In this document: positions 17,087 through 26,400 of the stretch, piece by piece | Numbering within the stretch: the first letter of the stretch is position 1 | Layout of the letters: each line of letters begins with the position of its first letter | NCBI GenBank assembly: GCA_028292435.1 | Contig: JAQGMI010000111.1 | Coordinates: 5,489 to 69,488, forward strand | Direction: 5' to 3' | From: Betaproteobacteria bacterium | Lineage (GTDB): Bacteria > Pseudomonadota > Gammaproteobacteria > Burkholderiales > SG8-41 | Length of the DNA stretch: 64,000 bases | Program-made: the position numbers and the translations under genes | Notes under the pieces: model-generated | The model's database searches: none | What the model was told of the DNA's origin: nothing | The model's input: only the letters and a program-made list of their open reading frames with translations

Positions 17087-18028
17087 CTATTCCGCTTTCG
17101 CGTTAAGTTCTCGCGCGACTTTCGCCCACTTGGCGAGTTCCGCGCGCAGGAAGGCGCCGAATTCCTCCGGTGTGTTGCCGACGGGCTCGAAGCCCAGCGG
17201 CGCAATGCGCTCGAGCACGTCGGGAAAACGTAAATCCTTGACCAACTCGGTGTGCAACTTGGTGATGACGGTGCGCGGCGTTTTGGCTGGCACCAGCACC
17301 CCATTCCATGCCGGCGCGTCGAAGCCTGCCAATCCGGATTCCGCGACCGTCGGCACCTCGGGCAGGCTCGCCGACCGTTTGAACGTGCTTACCGCAAGCG
17401 GACGCAGGCGGCCGGCCTTGATTTGCGGCACGGCGGAAGGCGAAACCACGAACATGAGCTGCACCTGCTCGCCGAGCAGCGCAGTCACGCCGCCCGCGAC
17501 CGTCTTGTACGGCACATGGACGATATTCACGCCGGTACGGCTCTTGAACATCTCGCCGATCAGGTGGCCAGGCGAGCCGTTGCCGCCCGACCCGTAGTTC
17601 AGTTCGCCCGGTTTCGCGCGCGCCAGCTTGACCAGATCGTCGACCGATTTTGCCGGCAGCGACGGATGCACCGAGAGCACAAACGAAATCGTACCGAGCA
17701 GCGTCACCGGCGCGAAATCACGCATCAGGTCGTAACTCAATTTAAAGAAATTGGGATTCATCGTGTGCGTGCCGGTCGCGAGCAGCAGCGTGTAACCGTC
17801 CGCTGACGCGCGCGCGACCGTTTCGCCCGACAAAATACCTCCGCCACCGCGCTCTTCGATGACGATCTGCTGGCCCCACGTCGCCGTCATCTTCGGACCG
17901 AGAATGCGCGCCATCGCATCGGGGCCTCCGCCGGTGACGAAGCGGATCGGTTTGTCCGGATATTGCTGCGCAAGCGCGGGAGCCGCCGCCAACACGACTG
18001 CGCACCACAACGTGCGGATCCGCTTCAT
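17087..18028 (-). CDS. Bug family (TctC-like) substrate-binding protein
   Basis: Signal peptide followed by QYPDKPIRFVTGGGPDAMAR. C-terminus LRAELAKWAKVARELNAKAE. Confidence 0.9.
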   Translation of the reverse strand: MKRIRTLWCAVVLAAAPALAQQYPDKPIRFVTGGGPDAMARILGPKMTATWGQQIVIEERGGGGILSGETVARASADGYTLLLATGTHTMNPNFFKLSYDLMRDFAPVTLLGTISFVLSVHPSLPAKSVDDLVKLARAKPGELNYGSGGNGSPGHLIGEMFKSRTGVNIVHVPYKTVAGGVTALLGEQVQLMFVVSPSAVPQIKAGRLRPLAVSTFKRSASLPEVPTVAESGLAGFDAPAWNGVLVPAKTPRTVITKLHTELVKDLRFPDVLERIAPLGFEPVGNTPEEFGAFLRAELAKWAKVARELNAKAE

Positions 18029-18049
18029 CGCGCCTCTCCTCCTGCCGTT

Positions 18050-18352
18050 TTATTTCGTGGCGTCGCCGCTTTCGACGATGACCTGCTCGACCACGCCGCC
18101 GCCATTGCGCCGGAACTGCGCTGCCGCCTGATACTCGGGCGAAGCGTGACACGCAGCCGCCTGCTCGAGATTCGGAAACTCGATGACAACAAAGCGCTGA
18201 AAATTTTCCGGCCCTTCAACGATTTTGTAGGGCCCGCCGCGCGCCAGCACTTTGCCGCCGAACTTCGCGATGATGCCGGGCACCAGATCGGTGTACCGCT
18301 TGTATTTGACCGGATCGTCGATCCGGCAGCGCGCGAGCCAATATGCGGGCAT
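18050..18352 (-). CDS. DUF1330 domain protein
   Basis: Start MPAYWLARCRIDDPVKYKRYTDLVPGIIAKFGGKVLARGG, which matches the DUF1330 pattern as recalled. Confidence 0.75.
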   Translation of the reverse strand: MPAYWLARCRIDDPVKYKRYTDLVPGIIAKFGGKVLARGGPYKIVEGPENFQRFVVIEFPNLEQAAACHASPEYQAAAQFRRNGGGVVEQVIVESGDATK

Positions 18353-18391
18353 TTCTCCTCCTGCTTCGATCAACTCAGCGACGGGCAGGCA

Positions 18392-19282
18392 CTACTTGCC
18401 GCCGAACTTTTGCTCGATATCGCGCCACTTCTCGACGCCGACGATCTTGGTGTATTCCTCAAACGGCGTGCCGGTGCCGACGAGTTTCAGTTCGCCGCTT
18501 TTCAGATCAGCGAGCGCGGTCTGCATTGTTTTGGTGATCCGGAGCAACAGCGTGATGCCGTATAGCGCGATGCCGTAACCCATTTGCCCGAGCACCGACG
18601 GTTTCAGGATCGGCGTGATGCCGCCTTCGAGCATGTTGGCAACGTGGCAGGTCTGCACTTCACGGACGGCACGCGCGATCTCATCTTCGTTCAACATCGA
18701 CTCGATGAACACGCCGTCGGCGCCCGCGCGCACATAACGCTCGGCGCGCCGCAATGCTTCGTCCATACCATGGATCGCTCGCGCATCGGTGCGCGCAACG
18801 ATGAACGTATCGGGGTCCATGCGATTGGCCGCCATCGCGCGCAGCTTCGCTTCCATTTCCTCCGTCGGCACAACTTGCTTGCCCGCCATATGCCCGCAGC
18901 GCTTGGGCGACACCTGGTCTTCGATGAACATCGCCTGCACGCCCATGCGCTCGTACGTATGCAGCAAATGCACTGCGTTCTTCACATCGCCGTAACCGTT
19001 GTCCGCATCGACGAGCACCGGCAGATCGCAGGCGCTGATCATGTCGCGAAACGCCGCGGAAAATTCGCCGAGCTGGCACAAGCCGATGTCGGGCAGCCCG
19101 TAGCGCGCGCCGGCCGTCTGAAAGCCGCCGATAAAAAATCCCTTGAAGCCGGCCTGCTTGATGAGCAGCGCCGACAATGCATCATGCGCGCCGGGTAGTA
19201 CGAGTGGTTTTTCGGATTTCGCGAGTTCGCGGATGGTGGGTCGTTTCACGGGATGTTCCAGAGGATATTTGGAGCGCGTCAC
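18392..19282 (-). CDS. isocitrate lyase/PEP mutase family protein
   Basis: Family signature SPKRCGHMAGKQVV and metal-binding region LVDADNGYGD. The size (296 aa) fits methylisocitrate-lyase- or carboxy-PEP-mutase-like members. Confidence 0.85.
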   Translation of the reverse strand: MTRSKYPLEHPVKRPTIRELAKSEKPLVLPGAHDALSALLIKQAGFKGFFIGGFQTAGARYGLPDIGLCQLGEFSAAFRDMISACDLPVLVDADNGYGDVKNAVHLLHTYERMGVQAMFIEDQVSPKRCGHMAGKQVVPTEEMEAKLRAMAANRMDPDTFIVARTDARAIHGMDEALRRAERYVRAGADGVFIESMLNEDEIARAVREVQTCHVANMLEGGITPILKPSVLGQMGYGIALYGITLLLRITKTMQTALADLKSGELKLVGTGTPFEEYTKIVGVEKWRDIEQKFGGK

Positions 19283-19668
19283 TCTAGCAGCCCCGCTTTA
19301 CCCCTGCAATCGGCATTGCGGCTGCGCGTAAACTTGCCAGCCGCGTCGACTCATCACGATGCAATGATCGATTGCGACAACAACAATGAAGCGCCGCTAT
19401 TCGCGTCGCGCAAAGCCGTGACCGTCGCCAAAGTCTTTGACCTGCCGGGCAAGCACGGCGACGATGCGCGCGGTCGGTCCGAGCCTGCTTGCCACGCTCA
19501 CCCGGCCGTCGCCGGCGCTGGCTGCAGGCCAATCTCGGTCAGGCGGCACGTTTGCGGCGCCCGCTTCATGTGCAGGAAGTCCTCGACAGTATTATGTTTT
19601 CCGGCGATGCTTCGCTTTGGAGCGCTGCCAAGACGGCGAAATGATTGCAATTAAATACATTTTTATTC

Positions 19669-19920
19669 ATGGCTGAAAAAACGGAAATCGGGAGCGGGCA
19701 ATACATCACTTACACGGTCGCGGCTTTGAGCCACGAACGCTGGTTCGTCGACAGCAACAGAGGCACTTCCGGCTATTCTTTTCATTCACTACCGGAAGCC
19801 GAACGCTTTGCGATCACCCTCGCCCAGCGCAATACGCCAAGTAAGATCTGCGTCCTCGGCAGCGACGGCGAAATCGTGACTGAAAGAATCTTCGAGCGGG
19901 CAGCCAGCACCTCGCCATAA
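19669..19920 (+). CDS. hypothetical small protein (possibly DUF2188-like)
   Basis: 83 aa from the internal ATG, in a lower-GC intergenic island. The pattern W.V......G.SF.S..EAE.FA..LA......I.V.G.DGEI loosely resembles DUF2188. Confidence 0.4.
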   Translation: MAEKTEIGSGQYITYTVAALSHERWFVDSNRGTSGYSFHSLPEAERFAITLAQRNTPSKICVLGSDGEIVTERIFERAASTSP

Positions 19921-19944
19921 ACGTTTCGAACGTCGTACCACCAC

Positions 19945-21189
19945 TTATAGCCGGCTGAGATTCAAAGTTCGTTCAGCCCAGTCGGGAACCGCGATTTCGC
20001 GGATTACGATTTCGGGCCGCCGCAAATACGCCATCAATGGCGACTGCGGGCCGCCGTTCTCCGGTATGCCGACGCTCAAGCCAAGCAAACGGGCGTGCGC
20101 GACGATTGTCCTGCCGAATTCGAGGCGCTTTGCCGCATATTCTTTCACGCCCGCGGCCACGTCATCGGGCTGCGCAGTCAACGCATCGACGAGCGACTGT
20201 GCATCGCCCGCCGCCTTCGTGACACCCAGCCCGACGTGCGGACGCGCGACGAACGCCGCATCGCCGAGCAGCGCGACGCGGCCGAATGCGAGTTCCGTGG
20301 ATTCGAGATCGTAAACCGGCTGAAACAATGGCTCGGCCGTCGCGCGCACGATGTCGACGAATGCCGGCGCGAGCAGCCGCTCAGCCGCGGCGTGCATTTC
20401 CGCAATGACTTCCCGCCGTATGCGGTCGGGCGGAATGTTGTACTCGTAATGGCGGCCGGCGGCATCGGTCAATAAATCCCGCAAGCCGGTCTGCTCGTCG
20501 GCGGGCCGGTACCAGACAAAGTTGAAGCGGCGGTGGCCGGGGCGTGTCGAATTGTCGTGCCCGGTGACCAGGTAACTCAATATCTGCTCACCGGGCGGCA
20601 GGCCGAAACCCATGCGATCCGACAGTGCGCGCCTCGTTTCATCGCTGACCGCGTTTTCGTCGGCGAGTCCGCGCCATGCAAGATAGCCGACGTACTGCGG
20701 TTTCGATTGCGGCAGCAGTTGCGCGCGCACGGTCGAGCGGATGCCGTCGGCGCCTATCAACAGTTCGCCGACGGTTCGACTGCCATCGGCGAAATGCGCG
20801 GTCACCGTCGCTGCATCCTGTTCGATGCGGGTGAGCGACTTGTCGAAGTGATAGCGCGCGGCCGGAAAAACGTCCTTCAACAAGCGGTAGAGTCGGCCCC
20901 ATGCAGTCAGAATCTGCTCGAGCGGCATTTCCGCGAGCACCTTGCCGGCGCGGTCGAGCGTAACGCGTGAGTGCGTCGCGCAACCCATCGTACCGTCAAC
21001 GACGGCGCCGGCGCGCCTGATCGCGTCGAACAATTTGTCGTGCGTGATGATGCCGGCGCCGCGGCCGGCCAGCGCTTCGCCCACTCGCTCGAACACCTGC
21101 ACGTCCCAGCCCGCGCGGTGCAACAGGTTGGCGGCGAGCAAACCGCCCATTGAACCGCCGATGACGAGCGCCCTGCGTTGCGTGCTCAT
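19945..21189 (-). CDS. FAD-dependent aromatic-ring monooxygenase (class A flavoprotein hydroxylase)
   Basis: Dinucleotide-binding motif ALVIGGSMGGLLAANLL..G.DV.VFER and a later GDAAF motif (VALLGDAAFVARPHVGLG). Confidence 0.85.
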   Translation of the reverse strand: MSTQRRALVIGGSMGGLLAANLLHRAGWDVQVFERVGEALAGRGAGIITHDKLFDAIRRAGAVVDGTMGCATHSRVTLDRAGKVLAEMPLEQILTAWGRLYRLLKDVFPAARYHFDKSLTRIEQDAATVTAHFADGSRTVGELLIGADGIRSTVRAQLLPQSKPQYVGYLAWRGLADENAVSDETRRALSDRMGFGLPPGEQILSYLVTGHDNSTRPGHRRFNFVWYRPADEQTGLRDLLTDAAGRHYEYNIPPDRIRREVIAEMHAAAERLLAPAFVDIVRATAEPLFQPVYDLESTELAFGRVALLGDAAFVARPHVGLGVTKAAGDAQSLVDALTAQPDDVAAGVKEYAAKRLEFGRTIVAHARLLGLSVGIPENGGPQSPLMAYLRRPEIVIREIAVPDWAERTLNLSRL

Positions 21190-21219
21190 GCTGCGATCGA
21201 AGAAATTGCGCGGAGAATC

Positions 21220-21651
21220 TTAATGCGTCGGATAATTCAACTCGATCACGACACCGCTCGGATCGTCGAGAAAAATCTGGTGCAGGTTGAGATCGGGCAC
21301 CATGCGCTCGCGAAACGGCACTGCGTTTTCTTTTAGGTGCGCCAGCATGCCGGTGACGTCGGTCGCCGTGAATGCGATATGGTCGAAAGTCCCCGTGCCG
21401 CCTTTCAGACTGTCGAGATCGCGGTCGCCGAGATAATCCTTCAACCCTTGCGAGTCGTTCGGGTCGATGCCGATGATATGGACGACCGCGTTGTCGTACG
21501 AATCGTGGCTGCCGTTGTACAGCCACAGCCCGGGGAACTTGAAAGGCGGCCGCGGCCCGACCGTCAAACCCATGACCTGCGTATAAAACCTGCGAGTCGC
21601 TTCGAGATCGAGCGTGCGGATCGAATAGTGGGCAATCTTGCTCAATGGCAT
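21220..21651 (-). CDS. VOC (glyoxalase/bleomycin resistance/extradiol dioxygenase) family protein
   Basis: Only the last 143 codons of the 416-aa ORF look real: MPLSKIAHYSIRTLDLEATRRFYTQVMGL ... FDHIAFTATD ... IFLDDPSGVVIELNY. The upstream part of that ORF overlaps the amidohydrolase gene in another frame. Confidence 0.8.
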   Translation of the reverse strand: MPLSKIAHYSIRTLDLEATRRFYTQVMGLTVGPRPPFKFPGLWLYNGSHDSYDNAVVHIIGIDPNDSQGLKDYLGDRDLDSLKGGTGTFDHIAFTATDVTGMLAHLKENAVPFRERMVPDLNLHQIFLDDPSGVVIELNYPTH

Positions 21652-21686
21652 GCCGTACTCCCGCGAAGTGAAATCTAAAAACGAGC

Positions 21687-22829
21687 TTAGCGCTTGATTT
21701 TCAACAGACGCGCTGCGTTGCCGCCCATGATGCGGTCTTTGTCTGCGCGCGACAGGCGCGGCACACTTTCGATCAGTTTGACCGGATGGTCTTCGCCCAT
21801 ATCGAACGGATAATCGGTGCCGAGCACGACATGGTCGGCACCGTATTTGTCGATCAGGTGGCGCAGCATCTGGGTATCGAACGTGATGGTGTCGAAATAA
21901 AATTTCTTCAGATAACTCGACGGCGGCTTCTTGATCGAGACCCGGCAGTCCGGCCGCGCGCGATGCGCATGATCCATGCGCGCCCAATAGTGCGCAAGGT
22001 AACCACCCGCGTGCGGCAATACGACTTTCAACTTTGGATTGCGGTCCATGACGCCGTCGAATATCAGGTGACTCGTCGCAACCGTCGTCTCGAGCGGATT
22101 GCCAATCACGTTGTTGAAGTAGTGATCCATCAGCCGGTCGCCCTGCGTGAAGCCGAGCGGATGCATAAAGATCACGATGTCGAGTTCCTGCGCCTTGGCG
22201 AAAAATTTCTCGAGCCCGAGACTCTGGTCGGTCAGATCCTTGCCGTTCACGTTCGGGAGAATCTCGACGCCGCGCATGCCCAGCTTTTTGACGCAATACT
22301 CGAGTTCGGCGACAGCCATATCGGCGTTCTGCAACGGCACCGTGCCCATCGCGACAAAACGATCGGGCCAGGTCGCCGCTATTTCCGCGAGCCGCTCGTT
22401 CGCGGTGCGCGCGAGCTCGCGGCCAAGACCCGGCTCGCTCCAGTAGATGCACTGGTTGGGTGCCGGACACACTGCCTGAATGTCGATGCCCATGCGATCC
22501 ATGTCCTTTAACCGCACTTCAATCGACGTCAGCATCGGGCCGCGATCCTTCGCCTGCTTGACGTTGACTTCGCGCGTCAACGCATTCGCGAATATGACGG
22601 ACGCCTCGTATTGGTTGGGATTCAAGGCCGCGACTCTGGTCGCAATCGCCGGATTCAGATAATGGCAATGCAGGTCGATGCGCAGGCTCCGACCCTTGCG
22701 GTCGCGCACGATCTTCGCGGCAGCAGGCTTCGCCTTGGCGGCGGTTTTGGTCGAGCCGGTACGCGCGAGCAGCGACGGACGATGGCGATGAGTCGGCTCG
22801 TTGCAGCCGGGCATGCAGGTGAACATCAT
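21687..22829 (-). CDS. amidohydrolase-2 family protein (ACMSD-type decarboxylase/hydrolase fold)
   Basis: Metal motif IDLHCHYLNP, then VMDRNPKLKVVLPHAGGY and HVVLGTDYPFDMG. The start is uncertain: ATG 22829 gives a 45-aa extension, and GTG 22709 is an alternative. Confidence 0.8.
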   Translation of the reverse strand: MMFTCMPGCNEPTHRHRPSLLARTGSTKTAAKAKPAAAKIVRDRKGRSLRIDLHCHYLNPAIATRVAALNPNQYEASVIFANALTREVNVKQAKDRGPMLTSIEVRLKDMDRMGIDIQAVCPAPNQCIYWSEPGLGRELARTANERLAEIAATWPDRFVAMGTVPLQNADMAVAELEYCVKKLGMRGVEILPNVNGKDLTDQSLGLEKFFAKAQELDIVIFMHPLGFTQGDRLMDHYFNNVIGNPLETTVATSHLIFDGVMDRNPKLKVVLPHAGGYLAHYWARMDHAHRARPDCRVSIKKPPSSYLKKFYFDTITFDTQMLRHLIDKYGADHVVLGTDYPFDMGEDHPVKLIESVPRLSRADKDRIMGGNAARLLKIKR

Positions 22830-22986
22830 GGGGGCGTTTCCTTTGCGAGAATTTTGACGGGCACGATTGTTTTTCCCCTGCTCCTCCGTGCCGCTGCCGC
22901 GGACTAACCTGCTATATTTGCGAGTCGCGAGTTTGACGCGCTGACCTCGCGAGTGTCAACTTGAGTCAACGAAATCGGAGATCGAA

Positions 22987-23874
22987 TTGAAAATCGGAAT
23001 AGTCGGCATGGGCAAGATGGGCACGGCGCTCGCCGTCCGGCTTACGGGTCTCGGCCATGAAATCACGGTGTGGAATCGCACCGCTGCCAAAGCGCAGGCC
23101 GCAGCGCAGGCGGGCGCAAAAATCGCGGCGACTCCGCGCGAGCTTGCATCAAATTCCGAAGTCATCATCAGCATACTGACCAACGCGGAAGCCATAGCCG
23201 CCGCGTTCGACGGTAAGGACGGACTGCTTGCGGCTGAGGTGTCGGGCAAGTTGTTTATCGAGATGAGCACCGTGCGGCCGGTGACGGAGAAAGCGCTTGG
23301 GGCAAAAGTCGGCGCCAAAGGCGGTGCACTGATTGACTGCCCGGTCGGCGGCACCGTCGGACCGGCGCGCGACGGCAAGTTGCTTGGCTTCGTCGGCGGT
23401 GCGGCGGCGGATGTTGCGCGCGCCAAACCGCTGCTCGATCAGATGTGCCGCCGCGTCGAACACGTCGGCCCGATCGGTTCCGGCGCGAGCATGAAACTCG
23501 CGATCAATCTGCCGTTGCTCGTGTACTGGCAGGCGCTCGGCGAAGCACTCGTACTCTGCAAGCCGCTCGGACTCGATCCGGCGCGCATCCTGGACATATT
23601 TGCGGACACGTCAGGCGGGCCCAATGTGCTCAAGGTGCGCGGTCCGGCGATCGCCAAGGCGCTCAAAGGCGAAGACACCGGCGCCATCACGTTCGACATC
23701 GACTCGATCCGCAAGGACCTGCAAACAATGATCGAAGAAGCGGCGGCGCTCGGCAGCACACTGCCGGTGACCGCGCGCGCGCTCGAATGCTTCGATGAAG
23801 CATCGAATGAAGGGCTCGGCAAAGGAGACGCGACCTTGCTGCCCGTGCGCTGGGGCAAGCAGGCGAAGCGCTGA
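22987..23874 (+). CDS. NAD(P)-dependent oxidoreductase, 3-hydroxyisobutyrate dehydrogenase family
   Basis: TTG start. Rossmann motif KIGIVGMGKMGTALA, with the family-typical central and C-terminal helical domain. Confidence 0.85.
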   Translation: MKIGIVGMGKMGTALAVRLTGLGHEITVWNRTAAKAQAAAQAGAKIAATPRELASNSEVIISILTNAEAIAAAFDGKDGLLAAEVSGKLFIEMSTVRPVTEKALGAKVGAKGGALIDCPVGGTVGPARDGKLLGFVGGAAADVARAKPLLDQMCRRVEHVGPIGSGASMKLAINLPLLVYWQALGEALVLCKPLGLDPARILDIFADTSGGPNVLKVRGPAIAKALKGEDTGAITFDIDSIRKDLQTMIEEAAALGSTLPVTARALECFDEASNEGLGKGDATLLPVRWGKQAKR

Positions 23875-23907
23875 GTTTTAATTGCAGTTCAATCCGGAGA
23901 AGAAAAC

Positions 23908-24549
23908 ATGATTTACGAAATGAGGACGTACGATCTCAAGCCGCACACCGTGCCCGAAGCCGAAGCGCGGTTCGCCGAAGCCTACGAGTTGCGCAAGAAA
24001 CATTCATTGCTCGCGGCGTTCTGGCACACCGAAATCGGCCCGCTCAACCAGATCGTTCATATCTGGCCTTATAAGGACATGGCCGAGCGCACTAAAATTC
24101 GCGGAGCCGCGGTCAAGGACGGCACCTGGCCGCCCAAAATCAAGGATTTCATTGTCAGCATGCGCTCGGACATCTTTACGCCGCTGTCGATGTCGCCTGA
24201 ATTGAAGCCGGGCAACGTGGGACCGTACTTCGAAATGCGCACCTACACGCTCGCCAACGGCGGCGAACTGCCGAAACTGCACGCCCTGTGGGAACGCGGC
24301 ATTCCGGATCGCATCAAGCTGAGCCCGCTGTGCGCGGCGTGGATTTCGGAAGTCGGCGCGTTGAACAAGTTCGTGCATATCTGGCCGTACAAATCGGTCG
24401 ACGAGCGCAACCGCATCCGCGACGAAGCCAAAGCGAAGGAAATCTGGCCGCCGTCGCTGCTGGCCAAAAAACACAACATGCCGTCGTATCAAATGATCGC
24501 GCAGGAAAATAAATTCCTGATGCCGTCTAAATTTTCGCCGATCCAGTAA
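23908..24549 (+). CDS. NIPSNAP family protein (two NIPSNAP domains)
   Basis: Duplicated pattern YEMRTY..........GPLNQIVHIWPYKDMAER and FEMRTY....GALNKFVHIWPYKSVDER. Confidence 0.8.
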   Translation: MIYEMRTYDLKPHTVPEAEARFAEAYELRKKHSLLAAFWHTEIGPLNQIVHIWPYKDMAERTKIRGAAVKDGTWPPKIKDFIVSMRSDIFTPLSMSPELKPGNVGPYFEMRTYTLANGGELPKLHALWERGIPDRIKLSPLCAAWISEVGALNKFVHIWPYKSVDERNRIRDEAKAKEIWPPSLLAKKHNMPSYQMIAQENKFLMPSKFSPIQ

Positions 24550-24714
24550 ACGCGACAGTGCTGTCTCCTCCTTCCCGCACAAGGGAAGGTAGGGACGGTT
24601 GTTCACCGGTCGGATCAACGTCAGAGCCGCCATGCAATATCGCGGTAACAAAATCGCCGTAAGATAAAAACGTTGCGGCGCATTTGCGACCGCAGATTTT
24701 CTTGAGGGGATAAC

Positions 24715-26307
24715 ATGCGCCGGTTCGCTCAGCTGTTCCGCATAATTGCACTCACGCTGGCCGCGGGCGGCGCACTCGCCCAAGCCCCGGCCGCACTGCA
24801 GTTGGTGTTCGTGATCGACGGCCTGCGGCCCGACAGCATCACCGAAGCCAATACGCCGACGCTCTACCGCCTGCGCCGCGAAGGCGTCGCTTTCGAAAAC
24901 ACGCACTCGGTTTTTCCGACCGTCACGCGGGTCAACTCGACCTCGCTCGCCACCGGCATGTATCCCGCCCGCCACGGCATCATGGGCAATTCGATTTACG
25001 TTCCGGCGGTCGACCCGAAGCGCGCGTTCACCAACGACGACTTCCAGCCGCTGCTGAAACTCGAAGAGGCGACCGGCGGGCGCATGGTCACGGTAACTGG
25101 CATCGCTGAAATTCTTGCGCAATCGGGCCGCAGCATGGTTGCAGTGAGTTCCGGTTCCACGGGCAGCGCCATTCTGCTCGCACCCAAAGCGCCGCGCGGC
25201 ACCGGCACGGTCATCAACGGCGATTTTTTTCCCGGCACGCAAGTCGCCTGGCCGAAAGCAGTCAGCGACACGGTGCTCCAGCGTTTCGGCGCGGCGCCCA
25301 AAAAGGGCGGCGCCACGACGGCATACAGTTCTTCGGTCGACTGGTCGATGCAGGTGCTGCGCGATTACGTGCTGCCCGAACTCAAACCCGCAGTCGTCTT
25401 TACGTGGATGACCGAACCCGATCATATTCAGCACGGGCTTGGCGCCGGCGCGCCCGAATCCGTCGAAGCCATCCGCAATGACGACCGGCAGCTCGGGCTC
25501 GTGCTGCAGAAACTCGAAGCACTTGGCCTGCGCGACAAAACGAACATTATCGTCGTGTCCGATCACGGCTTTGCCCAGACCGTGTTTAACGTGAACGTCA
25601 GCCGCGCGCTCATCGACGCGGGCCTCATATCGGCAGCCGGTTCCGACGAAGTCGTCATCGCGTCAAGCGGACAGGCGGTTGCACTTCACGTCAAAAATAG
25701 CGATCCCGCGCGCATCAACTCGGTCGTCGAGTTTCTGCAGCGCCAGCCATGGTGCGGCGTCGTATTTACCAAAGCCAAAAAAGGCGGCGCTGCGCATGAA
25801 GGTACGGCCGCGGGCACGTTCGCGCTTGAATATGCGCACCTCGGCGGACACGAGCGCAGTCCCGACATCGTCTTCACTTTCCCATGGTCATCGGCGCCAA
25901 ACCGTCACGGCACACGCGGGACCGAACATGCGCAGGTCAGCGGCGACGGCAAAACCGGTACCTACGAGGGCACCGGCGCGAGCCACGGCGGCATCGGGCC
26001 GTGGACCGTGCGCAACACAATGCTGGCGTGGGGACCGGGTTTCAAGCGCGGCACAGTCATTCGTACACCGACTTCGAACGTCGACGTGACGCCAACGCTG
26101 TTGCATTTACTGGGTCTGACGTCTGCGACCTCGGCGATGGACGGCCGCGTGATGCTCGAAGCACTCGCAGCGGGGCCGGACGAAGAACAGGTTGCGACAG
26201 AAATCCGCAGCTGGCGCGTGCGCAACGGCGCCTACTCTGCAATTTTGCAAACCAGCGAAACAGGGGGCAAGCGCTACATCGACAAGGCGTGGCGCGAGTT
26301 GCCTTGA
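24715..26307 (+). CDS. secreted alkaline phosphatase superfamily protein (nucleotide pyrophosphatase/phosphodiesterase-like)
   Basis: Signal peptide MRRFAQLFRIIALTLAAGGALAQA. NPP-type motifs VIDGLRPD, FPTVTRVNSTSLATGMYPARHGIMGN and VSDHGF. Confidence 0.8.
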   Translation: MRRFAQLFRIIALTLAAGGALAQAPAALQLVFVIDGLRPDSITEANTPTLYRLRREGVAFENTHSVFPTVTRVNSTSLATGMYPARHGIMGNSIYVPAVDPKRAFTNDDFQPLLKLEEATGGRMVTVTGIAEILAQSGRSMVAVSSGSTGSAILLAPKAPRGTGTVINGDFFPGTQVAWPKAVSDTVLQRFGAAPKKGGATTAYSSSVDWSMQVLRDYVLPELKPAVVFTWMTEPDHIQHGLGAGAPESVEAIRNDDRQLGLVLQKLEALGLRDKTNIIVVSDHGFAQTVFNVNVSRALIDAGLISAAGSDEVVIASSGQAVALHVKNSDPARINSVVEFLQRQPWCGVVFTKAKKGGAAHEGTAAGTFALEYAHLGGHERSPDIVFTFPWSSAPNRHGTRGTEHAQVSGDGKTGTYEGTGASHGGIGPWTVRNTMLAWGPGFKRGTVIRTPTSNVDVTPTLLHLLGLTSATSAMDGRVMLEALAAGPDEEQVATEIRSWRVRNGAYSAILQTSETGGKRYIDKAWRELP

Positions 26308-26348
26308 TATCGCATAGATTTCGTTAACCTCGTCGCCTCATCGGCGGC

Positions 26349-26382
26349 AAAAAAAGGCAGAGCGTTTCGCTCTGCCTTTTTT
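26349..26382. terminator. bidirectional rho-independent terminator
   Basis: An A7 run, then stem GGCAGAGC (26356..26363), a 5-nt loop, stem GCTCTGCC (26369..26376) and a T6 run. It sits between convergent genes. Confidence 0.8.
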
Positions 26383-26400
26383 GTCGAGACCGAAACAGCG

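Noticed and set aside
21652-22470. N-terminal 273 codons of the 416-aa ORF 21220..22470
   Set aside because: This part overlaps the amidohydrolase gene in another frame. Only the last 143 codons form a VOC domain, with its own ATG at 21651.
24004-25566. 520-aa minus-strand ORF
   Set aside because: It is antisense to the NIPSNAP and NPP genes, which carry clear family motifs. It also spans their intergenic region and has spurious-looking composition.
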